A DNA stretch of 64,000 bases from Candidatus Micrarchaeota archaeon (GTDB lineage: Archaea > Micrarchaeota > Micrarchaeia > Burarchaeales > JAKAKT01). The notes under the pieces are model-generated. The model did not search any database. It had not been told where the DNA came from and was given only the letters and a program-made list of their open reading frames with translations. The stretch spans positions 8,577 through 72,576 of the forward strand of contig JBFYLO010000011.1 of the NCBI GenBank assembly GCA_041305385.1, read 5' to 3'. The position numbers and the translations under genes are program-made. Each line of letters begins with the position of its first letter. Position 1 is the stretch's first letter. Below, piece by piece: positions 63,416-64,000 of the stretch.

Positions 63416-64000
63416 CTATCTCCTCATCTTCCTCAGTTCCCTGAATGAAACATACCTGCCCGTCCCCCTTTCATCGATGAAAGAAACCCGGTCCATGCAC
63501 CCGATGCATGGGTCGATGCTTGCTATGATTATCGGGATGTCCGCGATATGCTCGTCCTTGAACATTGCGGGAATCGAGAGCACGTTCGCAAGGGTCGGCG
63601 CCCTTACCTTGTAGCGGGCTGGCCTCGGCCCGCCCTCGGTCCTCATGTAGTGGATGTCCTCGCCCCTTGGTGCCTCGGTCCTGCTCACCGCCTCGCCCTT
63701 CGGCATCTTCCAGTTGTCGTTCCTGAAATCCCCGGCAGGCATGTTCCTGAGCGCCTGCTCGATTATCCTGATGGACTCCTTAAGCTCGAGAATCCTGACC
63801 ACTGTCCTCCCGAAAACATCCCCGCTGTCCCAGGTTATCACGTCGAAATCGAGCTCACCATAGGCGAAATACGGGTCGTCCCTCCTGACATCGATATCGG
63901 CCCCCGAAGCCCTGGCAGTCGGCCCGACAGCCCCGAGCTTGTAAGCCTCGTCCTTGGTGAGCACCCCGACCCCTGCAACCCTTCTCTCGATTATCGGGTC
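63416..64000 (-). CDS. [NiFe] hydrogenase large subunit, group 4 (EchE/MbhL/HycE-like), C-terminal part. The 5' end lies beyond the window.
   Basis: The frame is open to the window edge (...DPIIERRVAGVGVLTKDEAYKLGAVGPTARASG). It is NuoD-like but retains the C-terminal Ni-binding DPCIGCMDR (DPCxxC), and hypA lies downstream. Confidence 0.75.
   Translation of the reverse strand, partial: DPIIERRVAGVGVLTKDEAYKLGAVGPTARASGADIDVRRDDPYFAYGELDFDVITWDSGDVFGRTVVRILELKESIRIIEQALRNMPAGDFRNDNWKMPKGEAVSRTEAPRGEDIHYMRTEGGPRPARYKVRAPTLANVLSIPAMFKDEHIADIPIIIASIDPCIGCMDRVSFIDERGTGRYVSFRELRKMRR

Noticed and set aside
1-64000. CRISPR array
   Set aside because: The GC-rich palindromic repeats are irregularly spaced (kilobases apart), have different internal sequences, and have no cas genes nearby.
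63416-64000. Complex I NuoD/NuoH/NuoI assignment for the last three genes
   Set aside because: The large-subunit homolog retains the C-terminal DPCxxC nickel-ligand motif and is followed by hypA. A group-4 [NiFe] hydrogenase assignment is therefore preferred over NADH dehydrogenase.

Overview
This 64 kb window reads as a chromosomal segment of an archaeon with roughly 50-55% GC and is densely coded on both strands. The evidence for an archaeal host is a class-III-signal pilin, RpoK, diphthine synthase, NreA, geranylgeranyl reductase, an archaeal-type Ogg, and palindromic TATTTAAAT promoter boxes with GGTG Shine-Dalgarno sequences. Recognisable content, in order:
- a 3'-truncated carbamoyltransferase, a HAD-IIA phosphatase, a PRC-barrel protein and RNase HII;
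- an EF-Tu-like paralog with a dead G-domain, next to a RecJ/GAN-like DHH nuclease;
- a wHTH regulator-grpE-dnaK-dnaJ operon;
- an RGG-box/zinc-ribbon protein and a type-IV-pilin-like protein;
- SDR-type threonine dehydrogenase, ferritin, peroxiredoxin and Ogg;
- an arsR / thioredoxin-like / ArsP-like permease / GNAT operon;
- an ABC transporter-cysS cluster, TrmB, a HemW-like radical SAM and a P-type cation ATPase;
- CcdA and an OFA-type MFS transporter;
- a PurD-like ATP-grasp with a K/E-rich polypurine-encoded N-terminus;
- a TlpA-like thiol-disulfide oxidoreductase, a PAS protein, MscL and a YgiD dioxygenase;
- a HEPN/MNT toxin-antitoxin pair;
- a cell-surface cluster (lipoprotein, NHL beta-propeller) and GT2 glycosyltransferases;
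- NreA, a DUF63-like protein, Dph5, a PflX-like radical SAM, HtpX, a GT-C glycosyltransferase, LemA and RpoK;
- ferredoxin with geranylgeranyl reductase, and a Leu/Glu-dehydrogenase homolog with its catalytic Lys replaced;
- a RelE-type toxin-antitoxin pair, a large membrane-anchored DUF333+papain protease with Cys-rich repeats, HypA, and the 3' part of a group-4 [NiFe] hydrogenase (NuoI-like, NuoH-like and large subunit).

No rRNA, tRNA or CRISPR array was found. The signals the gene list does not explain are:
- a family of at least five ~90-110 bp GC-rich, triple-hairpin intergenic elements with TIR-like ends. They share CCGAG-type loops and GTCGGC/GCCGAC or GAGCCATCCGRATGGCTC stems. One copy inflates a predicted ORF and one sits inside the hydrogenase-hypA cluster.
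- a HEPN/MNT cassette exactly bracketed by ~65 bp direct repeats whose internal hairpins co-vary.
- a ~200 nt polypurine tract fused to the orphan purD-like gene.
- several AT-rich islands carrying surface or unknown-function genes, including a novel 537-aa protein next to a mini M28-like hydrolase.
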